A stretch of 64,000 nucleotides of DNA from Ophelia neglecta (GCA_965285935.1 OZ260666.1:63674001-63738000); one strand, 5' to 3'; shown: positions 38,109 through 53,003, numbered from the stretch's first letter. Notes: generated from the sequence alone by a model not told the origin. Translations and numbers: made by a program.

Positions 38109-38480
38109 TGCAGACGTATGTGCCCCTGTGCCAATGTGTGAAATGACTTGTAGATACTTAAGTGAAGTATTAATTTGTTACAAATATTTATGTGCCAGTG
38201 ATTGCCCTAGTTATCTTAGAGTCTTGTTTGTCAGCTTTGCTATAATAAACATTTCTGTATACCTGCTGTTGGTAGGTGGAGAGTCTCAGAGTTTAAAAAG
38301 ATCTTCTTTAAGGACCACACACAGTACCAAGGCATCAACCTGGCTAATTTGAGATAAAATTATGACCTTCATCGAGAAGGATGGGGAGCGAATTCATCAA
38401 GATATACTTCTTTGCAATACGATAGTAATATGTCAAAGTGATCTGTTCATTTCGAATATATGATCAGAAGATTGTACCAA

Positions 38481-38880
38481 TCCTCTCTGGCCTGGTTGGC
38501 TAATGCTTTCAGAGGTGAGCGCCTGATACTCGACTGGGGCATGCGAGTTTAAAACTCAATAGAGACAGTTTATTTGACTTGATAAACATAGCCCCCAATC
38601 TAGGGTATGCGTGCTACACGCCTAATGGCAAAATTGAAGCCAAGAAAACGAGCATCTTCAAACAAGAGGAACTGACAAAGGGGGCGGCCCGGGTTAGTGT
38701 ATATCATTGTATGTAGGATCACCCTTCTCGCAGGTGTATGGTGCTCAGCCGGACCTAGGTAACTCCTGGAAGGCGATTGGCATGGTAGAACATGAAATAC
38801 GTTGAAAGAATGAAGGCGTCTTACCGCTCTTCACGAAAACCCTGATCAAAATGCACCTCGGTTGATAAATAAATGTAAAT
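38481..38880 (+). mobile_element. tRNA-derived SINE-like element
   Basis: A-box-like TGGCCTGGTTGG (38488-38499), B-box-like GAGTTTAAAAC (38545-38555), GC-richer body and an A-rich tail (taaataaatgtaaat). Not a foldable tRNA. Confidence 0.45.
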
Positions 38881-41800
38881 ATACGTCTGAAGCGTCAAAC
38901 TTCATGAATGTAATGTGGAAATAACAAAAAATTGGTAAAAAGATAAAGTACAAAGAATAATAATAAGTTACCAATATTTGTTATGGATTGAATGCCAATC
39001 CAAAACGCGTGATTTTGGTAACTATGGCAACTATGGTGGCTAGCTTTGAATTTGTAAAGTCTGCATTATGGCTTGGGAATTTGTTACTACAGGCTTAGTA
39101 CATCATGATCCTTTCATGGATAACGATGTTTGCTATCAAACACTGATTGCCAATACAATTTAATTGCCACCCGCCGATAAATAAAATAATGGAAAAGTTT
39201 ATAATCGAGTTGATTATCACTACTATCATAGCATACACATTCGACCGATCGTCGAACATTGGTATTTTTTGCGTTGGGAGTCCTAATGATGAATTTGTAA
39301 CCTTTTAATCAATCTTTCTTTGTTGTTGATTGTGTTATGATATAAGAGTATTAATTCCCGTTTTCTATATTTTCATTTTTTGTGGTAAGGCCTAACAAGT
39401 TTAGTCTCTGCCAAATGCAATACACGTCTTTATTACATTCAATCAGTTAAATCAACAATATATTGGCTTGGCAAAGTGGCCAACCAAGGGACCCGCCGTA
39501 GCTTACAGTGTGGAAATTCTCCTGGCTAGTGGCCTTCTGGAATGTCTAAATCACGGCAATGTTCTACTCCCTTTTATCATCATACGGATTATTTTTGAAG
39601 CAAAGCTTTTTTGCCAATCAAATGAGAATTATCTTTTTGTGTGATCATAGCAATACCGCCTGAAACGCAATATTGCGATTTTTTCAGCTTTCCAAATGAT
39701 TCATATACGAATAAATAACCATATTAGTCACAATATTTCGGTTGCAACCCGCTTGCGTTGAAGCGCTAGGGAAGATTATAGGATGCTAAGCGTAAAATGA
39801 TTGATGATGAGATTTAAAGAAAGGACTTAATACCTGTATAAATGGACATATTAAAAAATATATGATTTTACTCTGCCTATATCAATCGATGAGGAAACTA
39901 TATATTTATCTACAATTTATCGGACGGTACAAGTATAAAATAAGAATGTAGTCAGATTACAAATTAATGCCCAGTAATATTTCGCAACAAGGTCAGAAAA
40001 GCAAGGCAGAACTTGACCTTATGCATCGCATGAAATTAATTTTGTGTTAGCTCTCCCATTGTGGCTGCTGCATAAACCAAGAGCTATTGACAGGAAGTGA
40101 AGAACCAACATTCATGAAAGGTTTGTGGCGTAGAAAGATACCGGGTTTCATAAATTTAAGCTTGAAATGAGTATGTTCGATAAGTCGGAAGCCAGTTAAG
40201 CAACGAATGGTTCAAATCGATGGAACAAATGAAAATCTACATTGATCATAAGTGCAGCTTTGATGGATAGTGATAATGTACGATACATCGTGACTCTGTA
40301 AAACGTCAAATAATATAACTGAATCATATTTATGAAAGGAAGGATCTTAACTCTACGTCATTTTGGCGAACATACGTTGGTGCCATTCTGTCCTTAATTC
40401 CAAAGTGGGGGTAGATAATATTAAAACAAAGTAAATTATTATTAATATGCTATATCGGAGGCATCCATTAAGTCGGGCACTAGAAATAACAAAAGGGCAA
40501 ATCTAAAAATGGAATTTATATGCTTGAATAGTTTTGTTGTTTAGATTGAAATTATACAAATATTTCTTATGCTAATTTGACGCTAATCTGAAAACATATA
40601 ACATTTTAACATCCATTTAGCAACAATACTGAGCAGTAATGCCAACTAAGCACCAGCTACAGGCTATAACTGCACTGTCCCTCCTTAACGAATTTCAGAT
40701 AAATATTGTTGATCTGTATTTTTCTAACTATTGTATTTTAGTAGTATGCAGTATTTTGATAATATCTTTGCCCTATTCAGTATTCCTTACATTGACCTTT
40801 ATTCGGTTTGTATGGCGCAAATACGATGCCAGCAGTCGGAGCTAGGGCAGATTATTGGTCCACTGAGAACGCCTTCTGCCATTTAGACCCTTAATCAAGC
40901 GTTCATTGGAGGTACTTAAGTTGAACACTAAAACTTGTCATAAGTAAATACACACTTACATGTAACAAACAAATAATAGCAAAAATGGCTAACTCTTTAT
41001 TAACTTTCAGTTAATATCATAATCATTTTCATTGCATGTGTGACATATTTATTCGTGAAAACTCGAAGAATTAACACACTACTAAAGCTTTCCTTTATAT
41101 CACAGGCAGCGCCGAGTGAAGGGTTAAGTTTCTTGGGACTCTTTTATACTGGTTATTTAACTTTTGGGAGAGCTTAAACAATCATAGACTTTCCCAAAGC
41201 ATGTTTTAATTTCTGTCCTACGTTGACCACTGACCTAATTAGTTTTTGTTCTGACTCGCACCATAGAAAACTATTGGCTACTTCTCAGGGCAAGTGATAG
41301 TAAGTTTGCGTTTATTTCCTGTCCGGAGATTGATGTACTGATTTGTGTGAGCCTGATATCGGACCGACTTGATAGACTTTCCTTGATTTATTATTAGGCG
41401 TTGACTGCCGGGTATCCACTCCCGTGTCTCACTGGAATGTTGACAGTCTCTGAACTTGACCTTTCAATAAAGAGCTAATATTCAGGATATATCACCTTGG
41501 CGCTTATTCAATCTTGTTGAAAAACGTTTCTATTGGTAGAACATCCACCCCAGCCCCGCCCCCCCCCCCCTCATCAAAAATAAAGGACCGTTTCTTTATT
41601 CCAGTGACAATGATTGGCGATTTCTTTCGCAGTTCATCCGCCAAGTGAAATTACATGTAGCGCAAGCACCTGCCTAAACAATGGGATTTGAAAATCCCAT
41701 TAGCTGATCTTCGTAGTTTTCATTTGGTATAACCAGTGAAAGAATAATAAAGATGGATCAATAAAGTATTATTGAGCCAATTAAGCGGAGACGAGTGTTA

Positions 41801-42643
41801 TTTATACGTTGTATCGCTGCTCTATACAAAGCCTCCCCTACTAATAGGATTTTGTACCAGTTTATTCTAGCTTGGATGTGTGCGGTTTATCCAAATAGGT
41901 TATAACGTTAATCTTACTGACAAGAAATATTTCCCAAACCACAAAGTTGATTATATATAAAATGCCCTTTTCATTCCAAGTAAATGTGAACTTGGTTCAA
42001 ACATTTCTCTGTTCCTTGAAATATGTACCAAACATTACCCTTTCTGGTCATCGTACAAAATAGTACAATACAAAGAAAAAATACAGGAAGCTTTATCAGC
42101 AGGCTCTGGAAATACGTTAACGGTGGGTAAATTTTTGGACTTATTCCGTACAATTTCATCGTAATTATTTCATTCAAATAATCAATGTGGATTTGCGAAT
42201 TAAAGCAGGTTTTCTAAAATAAGTGCAAACCTCTATATTTATAGCGAGGCAAATTTTATAGTCTGAAGGCATTAGTGTACATCTAAACAAAGTAACAAGT
42301 TGCGTAGGAACAGTTCTGTGTGTACGTTAAGGCCGGGATATGACTAGAAGCAGTATTTATGTTTTTTATGTTTGTCTTGTGCCCACGACGTAATGGAACT
42401 TGCTGGTAACCTGAATAAGGTCAGCGAGTCGACATGGTAACATAAGAAATGTTCCATAGAAGTCAAATCGACTTATACAAGTAGTTTCTTTCGTTGTAGA
42501 ACCATTCACAAGTACAATTGAGCTTAAGCATTTCCTAGACTCTTTTAGAAGCATAATCGTTTCTTTTGACCTTTGAACCCACAAAGTAAAGGCATCATGA
42601 TGATAATCAATTCACAAACTACTATTCCAAAGAACAAGAGGGT

Positions 42644-42660
42644 TAGTGCCCCCTAGAGGC
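42644..42660 (-). promoter_or_regulatory. CTCF-like motif
   Basis: Minus strand GCCTCTAGGGGGCACTA vs consensus CCASYAGRKGGCRSY. Confidence 0.4.
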
Positions 42661-44683
42661 TGGTTTTGTTAAAGACAGGTCACAAAGAACTGTATTTCAT
42701 AGGTTCAATGATCATAGGCCTGACTGTAAATAGAGCCAGTGTATCATCGAAATGCCTGTGAGGTTGTCCTAACATGTAGTAAAAAATATATAGTAAAGCT
42801 TTTCAAACAATGTCAGTCTGTGGAATAGGACGGGGATGAAGTGTGATTTAAAAGTGTTTATCAAGCATCGACATTCACAGATTAATTGATATTTGATGTA
42901 GTCCTTAAGACCATCCGCGTTGAAAAATTATTTATTAGTATTACACACTGGTTATGTGGTTATACATAAGAAAATAAATTAGAAAAAGACGCAGGAGATC
43001 ATTAATAATGTTGATACCCTCTCAATAGCCTACAACATTTCAAAACTGCTGAAATAAAAGGAAACTTTGGCCGTTTTCAGGCGAGCAACATATGTTTCTA
43101 ACTCAATATAGGCAAAATTAAATGCGAAACACGGGCATCGAATGAACACCGTCAGCCGAAAAAAAAAACCATTAACACATTTAATGTTTGGAATGCAGCC
43201 CCCCGGAGGAAAGAAGGGGGTATAAATCACCCTTAATGCAGTCGCGCCCAGTCGCATCGAGTTACGGTTTAGCCCATTATACTATATTATGAACGTTTGG
43301 CATATGGCAGTGCCATTCAAGTAGCTTGTGTTATGTGTTCTCTTTTTTCATCACCTTTTTACCATTATTTTCCTAGTTTTGTTGAGTACGTAACTGTTTG
43401 CAATAGATGTTCACCAAACATCAGTTGTATACATAGCTTATTGCGTGGTGACTGCACTATTAATCAAGCTTGCCATTAGGCCACACTGATTACACAACAC
43501 ACCATGCATACATGCTGAATACAAGATATATGTAATAATATCCAAGAAAACTTTTTGGTAGTTCTAAAAAATTAAATATATCGGGGTATATGTCCATTTA
43601 TTCATTTTTTGAATTACGTAAATGAAAATTTACGAAACCAACAAAGCCGGAAAAAACGACTATAGTACGGAACAGCCAGAAAGCCAGGTGGCAATGCCGA
43701 TCTTGACTACACAGTAAACCTTTATTTGCATATGAGTCGACGCCATAATTTGGGTGAAACATTTGTTACTATGGATCTGTCGTAGATCGCCTAAAATCAG
43801 TCAATGTGAGAAATTTGATTATGTTGCCATAATGGAAGATATGAAGGGCTAAATCATATTCAACTCAACAAATCTTATTGTTTATAACGTTTTGGCTTCA
43901 GGAATTAAAGGTTATCATAAGTTTCGATTCATGATAGTTTAAACCTCCTAGAAACGGGGCTATGTAGGTATTGATATTATCAAGAGAAACAACCAATTAT
44001 GAATGTCTTGTTTTGTAATAAGAAATGATAACAGTTCATAGATGTAGTTTTTGATCAACACCATAACATTCTGTAGCTTGGTTGTTCAAGTAATAATGTT
44101 GCAATCGGAAATAGTTTGTTAACGCCGAGTACGTCAACTTGTATTATCGGTTCATTCGCTAATAAGAACGGGTGCCCTAAAAGCCTGTTTCATGTGTTAG
44201 CTAAGAACTATTAAATGTCCAAACTGTGCTTATAAGCTGCCGAACGTCTAAGTATATTAATGTATATTTCCTTTTAGTATATAGTAATAGCACCGCGTAT
44301 GGCAGCAGCTCTTGAAGCGGCGCACGTTTAACCGACTTTCTGTTTCAACAGAGAGCTTATTATTTTATATATATACGGTTAATGTTTTCTAGATATTATA
44401 CGGTGAGTTGTTCGTGAAAGTAATGCATCGGCAGGTCACTGCTTGAACATCGGCTCAAACCCATTGCCATGATAGTCAGACAAAACCGCATAGCCGACGA
44501 TGACAGGTTGGCTTTGCTCAATGCCATTATTTATCCAAATAACATTTCTTTCTGTTCTATTGTTTCTATTTCACCGTGTATTTGATGTATTTGTTCATTG
44601 AATATAGAATAAGGTTGTATTTCTGAAGACTAACATTCGCACTTCTCTTCTCTTCAATCTTATTGAAGAATTGATATTTGTTG

Positions 44684-44695
44684 GCCATCTGGTGG
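44684..44695 (-). promoter_or_regulatory. CTCF-like motif
   Basis: Minus strand CCACCAGATGGC, an exact match to the core consensus. Confidence 0.35.
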
Positions 44696-47600
44696 AGAAA
44701 CCTGGTGAATACTTGATGATTACCTGGATCATTATTCACTGATGATATTATATTGTGTGCCCGTTATACTCATCCATAAATTTGTTCACCATACAAGTGA
44801 CTCAAGCCTGAATATTAAAAATAGCGATATATATGTAAATGTTTTAGTATGTTTTTGCTACAAGGATGGAAAAGAAACAAACTGTGCTCCGCGTTTTTAG
44901 AAGCCCCAAAGCTGTCGTTTTAGTCTAGTAAATTTTGATATATGGGGGGGGGGGGACTTTGTTACAAGCATCAATTTTGGTACAGATGTGGAATTTGTGC
45001 CGTGATCATTTAAAGATAGAACATTATCGCTTTTTACCGACGGTTGGCATGCTAACGGAAAATATCCGATTTTTCACTAAATGCGGCACTTCTACAAACT
45101 TCAACCCAGTCTATAGCGGATTTAACATATTGTTAAATTAATGAGTCAAGATAATACACTTATGAAAACGTAGCCATTAGCAATATATGTTGATATGGTA
45201 ACCAGGAAACCCATTACTGCCACCCAAGAAATCGCATGGTAAAGTTATCTTTTGTCCTTTTTCATTTGCGTGTTATAGTAGATTTCTAGATTTTATTACC
45301 GAATGGTTCCGCCCTCAAAGTACTTACAATAGAATAACATAAAACATTAACAGTAATTCTTTTTACCTAGTATGCGAGCTACTATCGTTGCTCTGAACAA
45401 AGTTCTCTGTAGTATGAACTGTATCCTATGTTATGCCTATATCTTGACTTTTCGTCCTTACGGAAGATGGGGGCAATATGGAAAAAACTAACATACCTGA
45501 GTCTTCGGGCTGTACCCCTCGTCGATCACGCGGTTTTGCCAATAGTTTCGTGTTTCTGTGATATTTTACCTGTTAGATGCAATTTTTGATAGACTATACT
45601 TAGCTCCGTCACATTCTCATTCTTGATGTAAATCGCGGTATTTACCATCGAAATACATTAGCACTATACACTGCGGTTGAGTCGCTTATAAGAGGTGGTT
45701 ATTGTTAAGGTTCAGGGTTTGGGTTATTATCCCAGTGCCTCAGTGTCGGCAGGTGTGGTTTAGGGTTTGGGAAGGGCACATTGATTTCAAACCATTTAAA
45801 GCGGCTCTGCAAGGTCAAGGTAATCTGCTTTGATAGACCAGTCGCTTGCATGATTGTTGTCAAGCTGCTGGAATATGAAGGCGATGCAGTTTGGACCGTT
45901 ATTTATGCGGCAGGCGTGAACTGAAGGCGCGAAGAAAAAGGTATAGGCGGGTAACCAAGGGGTCGATAGGTTGATAAATGTAAACAAAATGCCCAACATT
46001 TTCCGTTTGTGGCAAACACAACTTAAGCTTTTAAAATTTGTACGCAGACCAAAACAATATATAAAACATCTGGTTCCTAACGTTTCCTGTAATAAAATCA
46101 TTTACATTTCATTTTGGAAACTGTCACGACATAAAACCTGTGCTGCATGACGTATTACTCAATTTCTAATAAGTAAAAATTTCCACTGTATTCGAAAGAC
46201 CTATTTTTCTTTTGTTTCATCTGATCCTATGAACCCGATTTGAAGAATACTAATATATACTTGTATATTTGTCGTACAAGCATCCTGATAGTTGTTTTAT
46301 CGCATGGCTAAAAATCTTTGTATTTAGACAAGGGCAGTATTACAACGCAGTGTACATTTAGACAATGTACTTCATAGAAATCTATGTAGCAAAATAAACT
46401 GATGGTGTTGTTAATGTTGTCGTGGTCTGACTACCAAGGACTTATGTTTCCGTACATACAGCTTTCTATACAGAAGAAAGCGCATATGGATAACAAACAC
46501 TGACATTATAAACTTAGCTACCGTAGCAGCAGGCATACTGTTGGATGTAAGTGAAAGTTGTAAACCTATTATGCTGTAGGTTTAAAATTCTAACTTTTTA
46601 TTTGCCTGAAACGGACATAGAATAACGGTTTTTACCAACCGATGATTTAAATTACATTAAGCCACCTTGTCCCGTACCAAGTGTTTTGTTTAAGGGAAGA
46701 CGGTGATATTTTTTCATCAATTCCTTCAGTTGATAAACCCCTCTATGTCCAATATGAACATCTCCTAAACAAAACTTGTTCTATGGTTGCCATAAGTAGG
46801 GCCCCTAAAGCGTCTGTTATTTCTTCAGTGCCTTCGCGTTTCTGCAAAATTGTAACAGGACTACTTTTAGCGTCTTGTATTCATATGTACGATGTGTTAC
46901 TTCCCAACAATCAACTCGAAACGTTTGACGGAAGAATAAAGCATGATAATTTTATGTTAACTTTTTAATCATATAAAAATAAGTTAAGGTGGAAAAGTCA
47001 ATGGTAGAGCAATCTATTTCTAAGTATACTCACATGAAAGGCAGAGAAGCAGGACACAAACTTTACAGGCACTCCCCGGCGTGCTAACAACAAACATCAC
47101 TTCATTTAAAGCACATTAGTAGCATTTGCTTTAAGTTTCTTTTCTTTTTCCATAGTTTCTATAAACTAAAAGCAGGATCGCGCTAAAGAAATAATATAAT
47201 ACACTATATCTGGATTGAAGCAGGATAATGTGTCAATCATGTGAATTACGTCTGGGAAGAGATGACTGTTATTTAGGAATCGTTAGATCGTTAGGAAACT
47301 TTTAACATTGACATCTACCCAACTTTAACTTATTAACCTTAGAAGCAACTAGAACGCATTTAATTGACTTCAAATTTCGAGACGTCTTAGAAACGTACTC
47401 AACTTCGCCCTGAATGTTAGTGGCATGCCTGAGGTCTAGTTGAACCCCTAATTTGTACGGGAGCTTCTCGGCGCCCCCATTCCCTGGGGGGGGGGGGTTG
47501 GGCATGTTACTTAGTCTAGCAGGCGAGCTGCAAGTGGACATTACGGTTATTGTTTGTCTTAATTGGAGCGGCTGAAGAGTAGTCAAATCTGTTACTATTT

Positions 47601-50600
47601 TTTAAGCCGATTGGGGGCCTTTTTTGTGTGTCAAAACTACATTAGTTATAAATATTTTCTTGGGTAATTGAGCCCGCCTAACATTACCAACTAAGTACAT
47701 TATAGTTACCCACATAAAGGAAGTAAATGACGGAGATCTAGTCATGTTTAGACATCTTGTCATGTTTAGGCTCATTATCAGTCTCGTGCTTTTAAATAAA
47801 TAGAAGTTATACTCAAGTTTCTAATTTCAGTCCTTTTGCCGACCTTTGTCCGTAGCAAGACCGTAATGGTTATCTGAACATTTTAGAAGAGAAAGGACCT
47901 GTTAGTATTGTTCGAGGATGCTCAGCAATGTATGATTAGACTCATATATAACAGCTTTGCTACATAAACCCATTCTCAAATACAAATCTCCCGAATCCAT
48001 CTTTTATTACAAATTTTAAATTGCTTTTCACAGAAACTTAGTATACCTTTTATTTATAATAAAAACTTCCCTTCATCCGATTTTCTAGTCATAAAAAATG
48101 ACCTTTCCCGGTTGATATACTTCACCGTGTCTCGAACGCATTATATGAGACATAGTTTTACAGCATGATGTATTTGCTCATCCCTCCAAGTGATCTTTAC
48201 TGTACGATTACTCACGCACTGCCGGTTGTGAGAACCCCGCTCACGCGATGAATCGCAGTTAATCACGTTTACTGGGAGTCAACACAAACCTGTGGGGGCT
48301 GACAAGTCTGGGGCATTGCTCAGTACATTTATTCCCTCAACAGATCAATTTGAAACCCTTGACAGCGAAATTAGGAAGCAAATTAACCGATGACAGAAAC
48401 AGCAGCGTTTGTTGTGAAAGTCACGCCTTACTTTTATATTACAGTCTAATCTTACAATGTTGAGCTCCTCGTAAAATACTGACAGGTCATTTTTTTCTTC
48501 TTAAATGTTCAGATTACGGTATTACTATGACCAAAGGTCAGAGAGCTAAAATAATATTTGCCTCTCCTCAAGGGCACTATTACAAACACAATCATTAAAA
48601 TTATCTGAAATTATAAACTAAAATATTATTTTTATTTCATAAGACTCCTTTATATGGGTTACTGTAATTCACCATGTTTGTATTGTTCGGCTAGGTTCAT
48701 AGATAAATAGAATATAAATCCGAGTGCACTGATTTCATTCTTCATCTGTCATGATGTATCTTAACTTTTTATATCCCATATTTATAAACGTTTTTCTACC
48801 AGCATTAGTTAAATACATTTTTCACCTATTTTTTATGTTATGTTGCGTTGATTGCTAATGTGAAAAGCCAAAGCTTTAGATAGGAAATATGTCCTGAAAT
48901 AGCATTAATATATATCATCCCGGATTCCAGGAGAGGCGAAAACTTGCCATATTTTCAGTACGTGCCCTCCGCACTCCTTTGCATGACATAGCCGCCTTAT
49001 ATTATAATCTTGGTAAGGCTCTTTAGTGAGGCTGTGTGACCCTTCCCACGCATTCACAGTGAGCTGCTTTTAGTATTTGGACGTACATGTGACAAAAACA
49101 TGTGAGACACCCAATTGATGTTTGGTGAAATAACACCAATCCTATAATTATTAGGAGCTGTCCATTTAATCAAACATTTAAAAGAAACGCTTTTGGCAAA
49201 CAACTAGTAAAAGCGTAACGTTGAACCAGCGTTCTGTTGGGGCTCCGTATAAACGTCTTCATTCGAGATAACAAAGATTTTGATCTTATTCGACTGGCAT
49301 TTCCGAATGTCAGTTTCATTTATATAGACTTCTTAATAGTCCTGCTGAATTGACTTTGTAAAGTCCTGAGTAATGATGAAGTTTTTGTTATTTAACAGTA
49401 AAATTTTATATATTATTGTAATATTATACTAACTGGGTTAAAAACATTCATTCAAAAAAAAGTGATGGCTAGTCTCCTTTTTTGTTGCACAGACTGTATG
49501 CCATTGAGTCCTAAAGGTGCAACTGAATTTCTGCTTTTATGTTATTACACCAGATGGAAAAGGTCGTATTTTATCATTTTATAACGTTATGGCGAAACAT
49601 TCGCTCATGCAGAAGCTAAACGATAGAAGTTAAGAATATAATAAAGCGAATTGTACTTTAGTTAAACAAATACCATATGCTTATACTATTTATTCATCTA
49701 AAGCATAATTATGCTCTACTTATCAAGTTGATGCAATGGATTAAAGTGCCATATTATGTTTGGTGGCGTAATAACTTTATCAAGGTACCTACACTGTTCA
49801 AAGTATGGGAAGATAAATCGGTCTAGTGAGTGGCACTTGGTAGCGGGGAGCTAGTGTATCGTCTAACAGGCCGTATGACTACAGAGTCTCATAACAGCAC
49901 CTCACATGTGTTTGAGAATGCGGAAGTGTTTTTTATAAGCTATATGTTTGACATTACGCTCGCCGCATGAAAGGTCTTTGAGGAGCAGTGGCACGTTAAG
50001 CTGAAATTATCAATAAACGTCTTCTTTACTCTATCGTCAATAAACGTCTCTCTCTTAATAGATTATGTCTGGATAAAACATATATCAACATGATGCCTGT
50101 TCCTATAATTGTTCAGCACACTTAAAAACGTGGAAATGCTTGCGAGCTGCTAAATGGACTCGCCCTGCACCCGAACTGACACTACCGCCTTGCAACTATT
50201 AATTCTCACATTTAAACAACTAATCATATGCGCTACCAACATTCAGTGTATAAAAACCAGTTGCAGTAGGTAAGCAAACATGATACTTTAATTTGCAGCC
50301 CAGACATCAGACAAGGCGCCATAGCTAGTCATCGGTATCTTTTGCTCTGGACTGTTTATCCTCTAACGATACATTAACTGCCCTCTTCAAAGCGGCTTGA
50401 ATTATACATTAATGATTATCATTTTAATGATTCAAAAATAGTCTCATTAAATCCATTATATTGGCTACTTTTCATGCCTTATTTATTTCCATGCGCTTGC
50501 AATACCAATATCAACATGGCTGTTTATATATAGCTCAACCGTGGGAAAGTGTGTAATTGTTATACTCTGGGTTACTTGAATCATGCCTATTGGCGTTAAC

Positions 50601-51571
50601 AGCTGATACACACTATTCGAAGATGTAAATATTACTAACAGACACATTGGATCATTTGCCTCTAACTGAGCTCTATAGCGATTGATGAGTATTTGCTTTC
50701 CTACTCAAATTCTTACTTTCTTTTTCAAGTATTTGAAAATCGCGGCTGTACGGCGCTCCGGGAAAGATGCTGGTTTGCTTCAGAAGATACGTGCCACATG
50801 CGGTAACTCTCCAGATTTAAGCAGGAAGGGCGCTCTTTAATTGAGTTCGCGTGGCGGCAAGAAGAAGACCCTTGCCCTCAGATAAAAGAATTCCACAAAC
50901 ACTCCAGAGAATTTGGCTTGTTAGCAAGGCGCACACTACAGCGCCCACATAAACTGTTCCACACGAACGTGAATATTGTTTTTTCGCGTCCTGTTTTCTG
51001 TGGTGGATGTACGAAACAATAAGGATTAAAGAAAAACTCAAACAAATCATACCTGCTTTAAAATGACATACTTGTCGAAGTGAGAAAACGCAGAAAAAAC
51101 TTTTTGAAGGCAGCTTAATTCACCGACCAGAGTGTGACTGAATTGAGAGTAGCCATTGATTGCCGGAGGGGAAGCGTGAGTTATCCAATAGGCTTGTTTT
51201 TATTCTCCAGTTACTAATGTCCTCTTTCTTGGAGGGCTTCGGCATTAATCAATTTCTCTTAATGCATTTAACACGATTATAAGCGCCATTAACTGTTAAG
51301 AATTCAGATTTTATCAAATGTCTCTTCTATGTGCTCCCCCCAAAGGTTAGAAGCTGTGTTATGTTATTTTGCTTGTTATTTCTGCCTAAAGTAGAGGTAT
51401 GTTATGCTTTTTGTGCAGCACCTCTGTATGCATTTAGATCCTCTTTTGTAGTTTCAGATCGTTCGTTGGCAGCTTTGAAGGGAGTACACAAGTCGTGCTG
51501 TGTCTTGTCTTCTTGTCCTTATTCGATTGGAGATTGCTCTTTTGGAAAACGTAGAAAGGCCTTGCAGGAAA

Positions 51572-51766
51572 ATGGAGAATTTTGGTTACACCCATGCTGG
51601 GATCGAGGACAATGATATCCCGAGCGTATGGTTCGATCAACCGGAAATAACAAAACGGCCCATTGGTTTTAAACCCTTAGATACAGTTGGTCCAACTATG
51701 TCGGGTCTCGCAGAAAATGTGTCAATGCATTTCAACCAAACCAAACAGCGATACAAATTTCACCAG
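51572..51766 (+). CDS. Probable first coding exon (65 aa) of an unidentified gene continuing downstream
   Basis: Good start context gaaaATGG; protein-like MENFGYTHAGIEDNDIPSVWFDQPEITKRPIGFKPLDTVGPTMSGLAENVSMHFNQTKQRYKFHQ; consensus donor CAG|GTAAGG in phase 0; upstream acceptor tcctcttttgtagtttcAG (~51457); CpG-richer region at 50740-51000. Confidence 0.5.
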
Positions 51767-53003
51767 GTAAGGTCTTTTATCGCTTACCTATAGTACATAC
51801 CCGTATGTCTTGATTAGGAACCAAATGTAACAGATTAACAGAAATAATCGACATGGTTATGACTAACATCTCAATTATGATAATCCTTCGGATCGAAGGG
51901 TTTGAGTAATTCATTATTAGAAAACGTAAACGTTCTGTGCCCGGTCCTTCTAAGAACCATGATGCCAAAACCATCATAGTCGCACGTGCCAATTGGTTAT
52001 CCCCAATAAAAAAAAACGTTGAAACTGAAAAACTGTCTTGTGAGTAACCATAGGGATTAAACAACGAGCCGCATGGAAGTGTTTTCAGCCTGCTAGGTGT
52101 CCACAAAATCGGTTACTAAACCTACCTTATTTGCACCTGTCACCTAGCGTTCTAGGGTGTATATGTGCAAACATTCTGGGAGTAAATAACAGGAATTTAG
52201 GACTATGAAATGCACGGGCGTATTAATAATGACAGTATACAAGTCTACAGATCTACTAAAGATATGAGTTGCATCTGGCAAATGGCCAGCTCTGTTAATA
52301 AGTCTAATTGGTGCTAGTTACAATCGCCGGCGTGTCACTGCTGTTAACGGTTAGTCCTAGGTACTTGAAGGGTTACTGTGCCATAAGTACATAATAAGTG
52401 GCCCTTTCCCAAGAGTATATGACAGTCCTGCGTACGGTGTTCAAAAGCAGTTCTCGATGGTTCTATTGCAGTCTGTTGGTAGATTTATTAGTTGTTTACA
52501 TTAAAACGTTTTGGGTTCTAGGTAAAACGGTCTCATAGATATATACACCCTCATGTTGTACGAGTACGTGTCAGTTAGTATAAATGGGTGATTGGTTCAA
52601 TTGACCAATGGTAACTGACATCTTTGTATTGAATGTTAGAGGCGCAATCAGTAAATTTCTGTTTTACATAGTTTTGTTGCATTTTCCTTGTTCGTAAATG
52701 GACTACATGGAAATTACTTATTATTTTCTCTATTCTTGTATGTCTCCTATGAAAGTCTCCCGCGTGACAATCCTTTTTATCTTGCCACATATGCGGAATA
52801 TAAGGCGCGTGCTGTTATCAGTTGGGCTTTGAAGGATTATCGAATATTAGCGCAAACTGTCTCACGTCCTTTTACTTAAATCGTGTCATTTATTTGATTT
52901 TCATGTGTGTATGTCCCACTAAACGCGCTAAAAAGTTACTTCCATGCTGTATCGAGAATTGACCATATTGTGTAGTTTATTTGCCAGTTGGCATGGCTAT
53001 CAG

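Noticed and set aside
38050-38352. 100-aa Cys/Val-rich ORF
   Set aside because: TTG start; the CVCVCV run derives from the (TG)n microsatellite.
38481-38570. tRNA gene
   Set aside because: A/B-box-like motifs are present, but there is no cloverleaf and the T-loop is degenerate; better explained as a SINE head.
45700-45772. Interstitial telomeric repeat
   Set aside because: Only scattered, degenerate TTAGGG-like words, not an array.
33100-50700. Numerous 60-100 aa ORFs in the ORF track
   Set aside because: Many start at non-ATG codons and show AT-driven composition with no domains or consistent splice structure; expected by chance.
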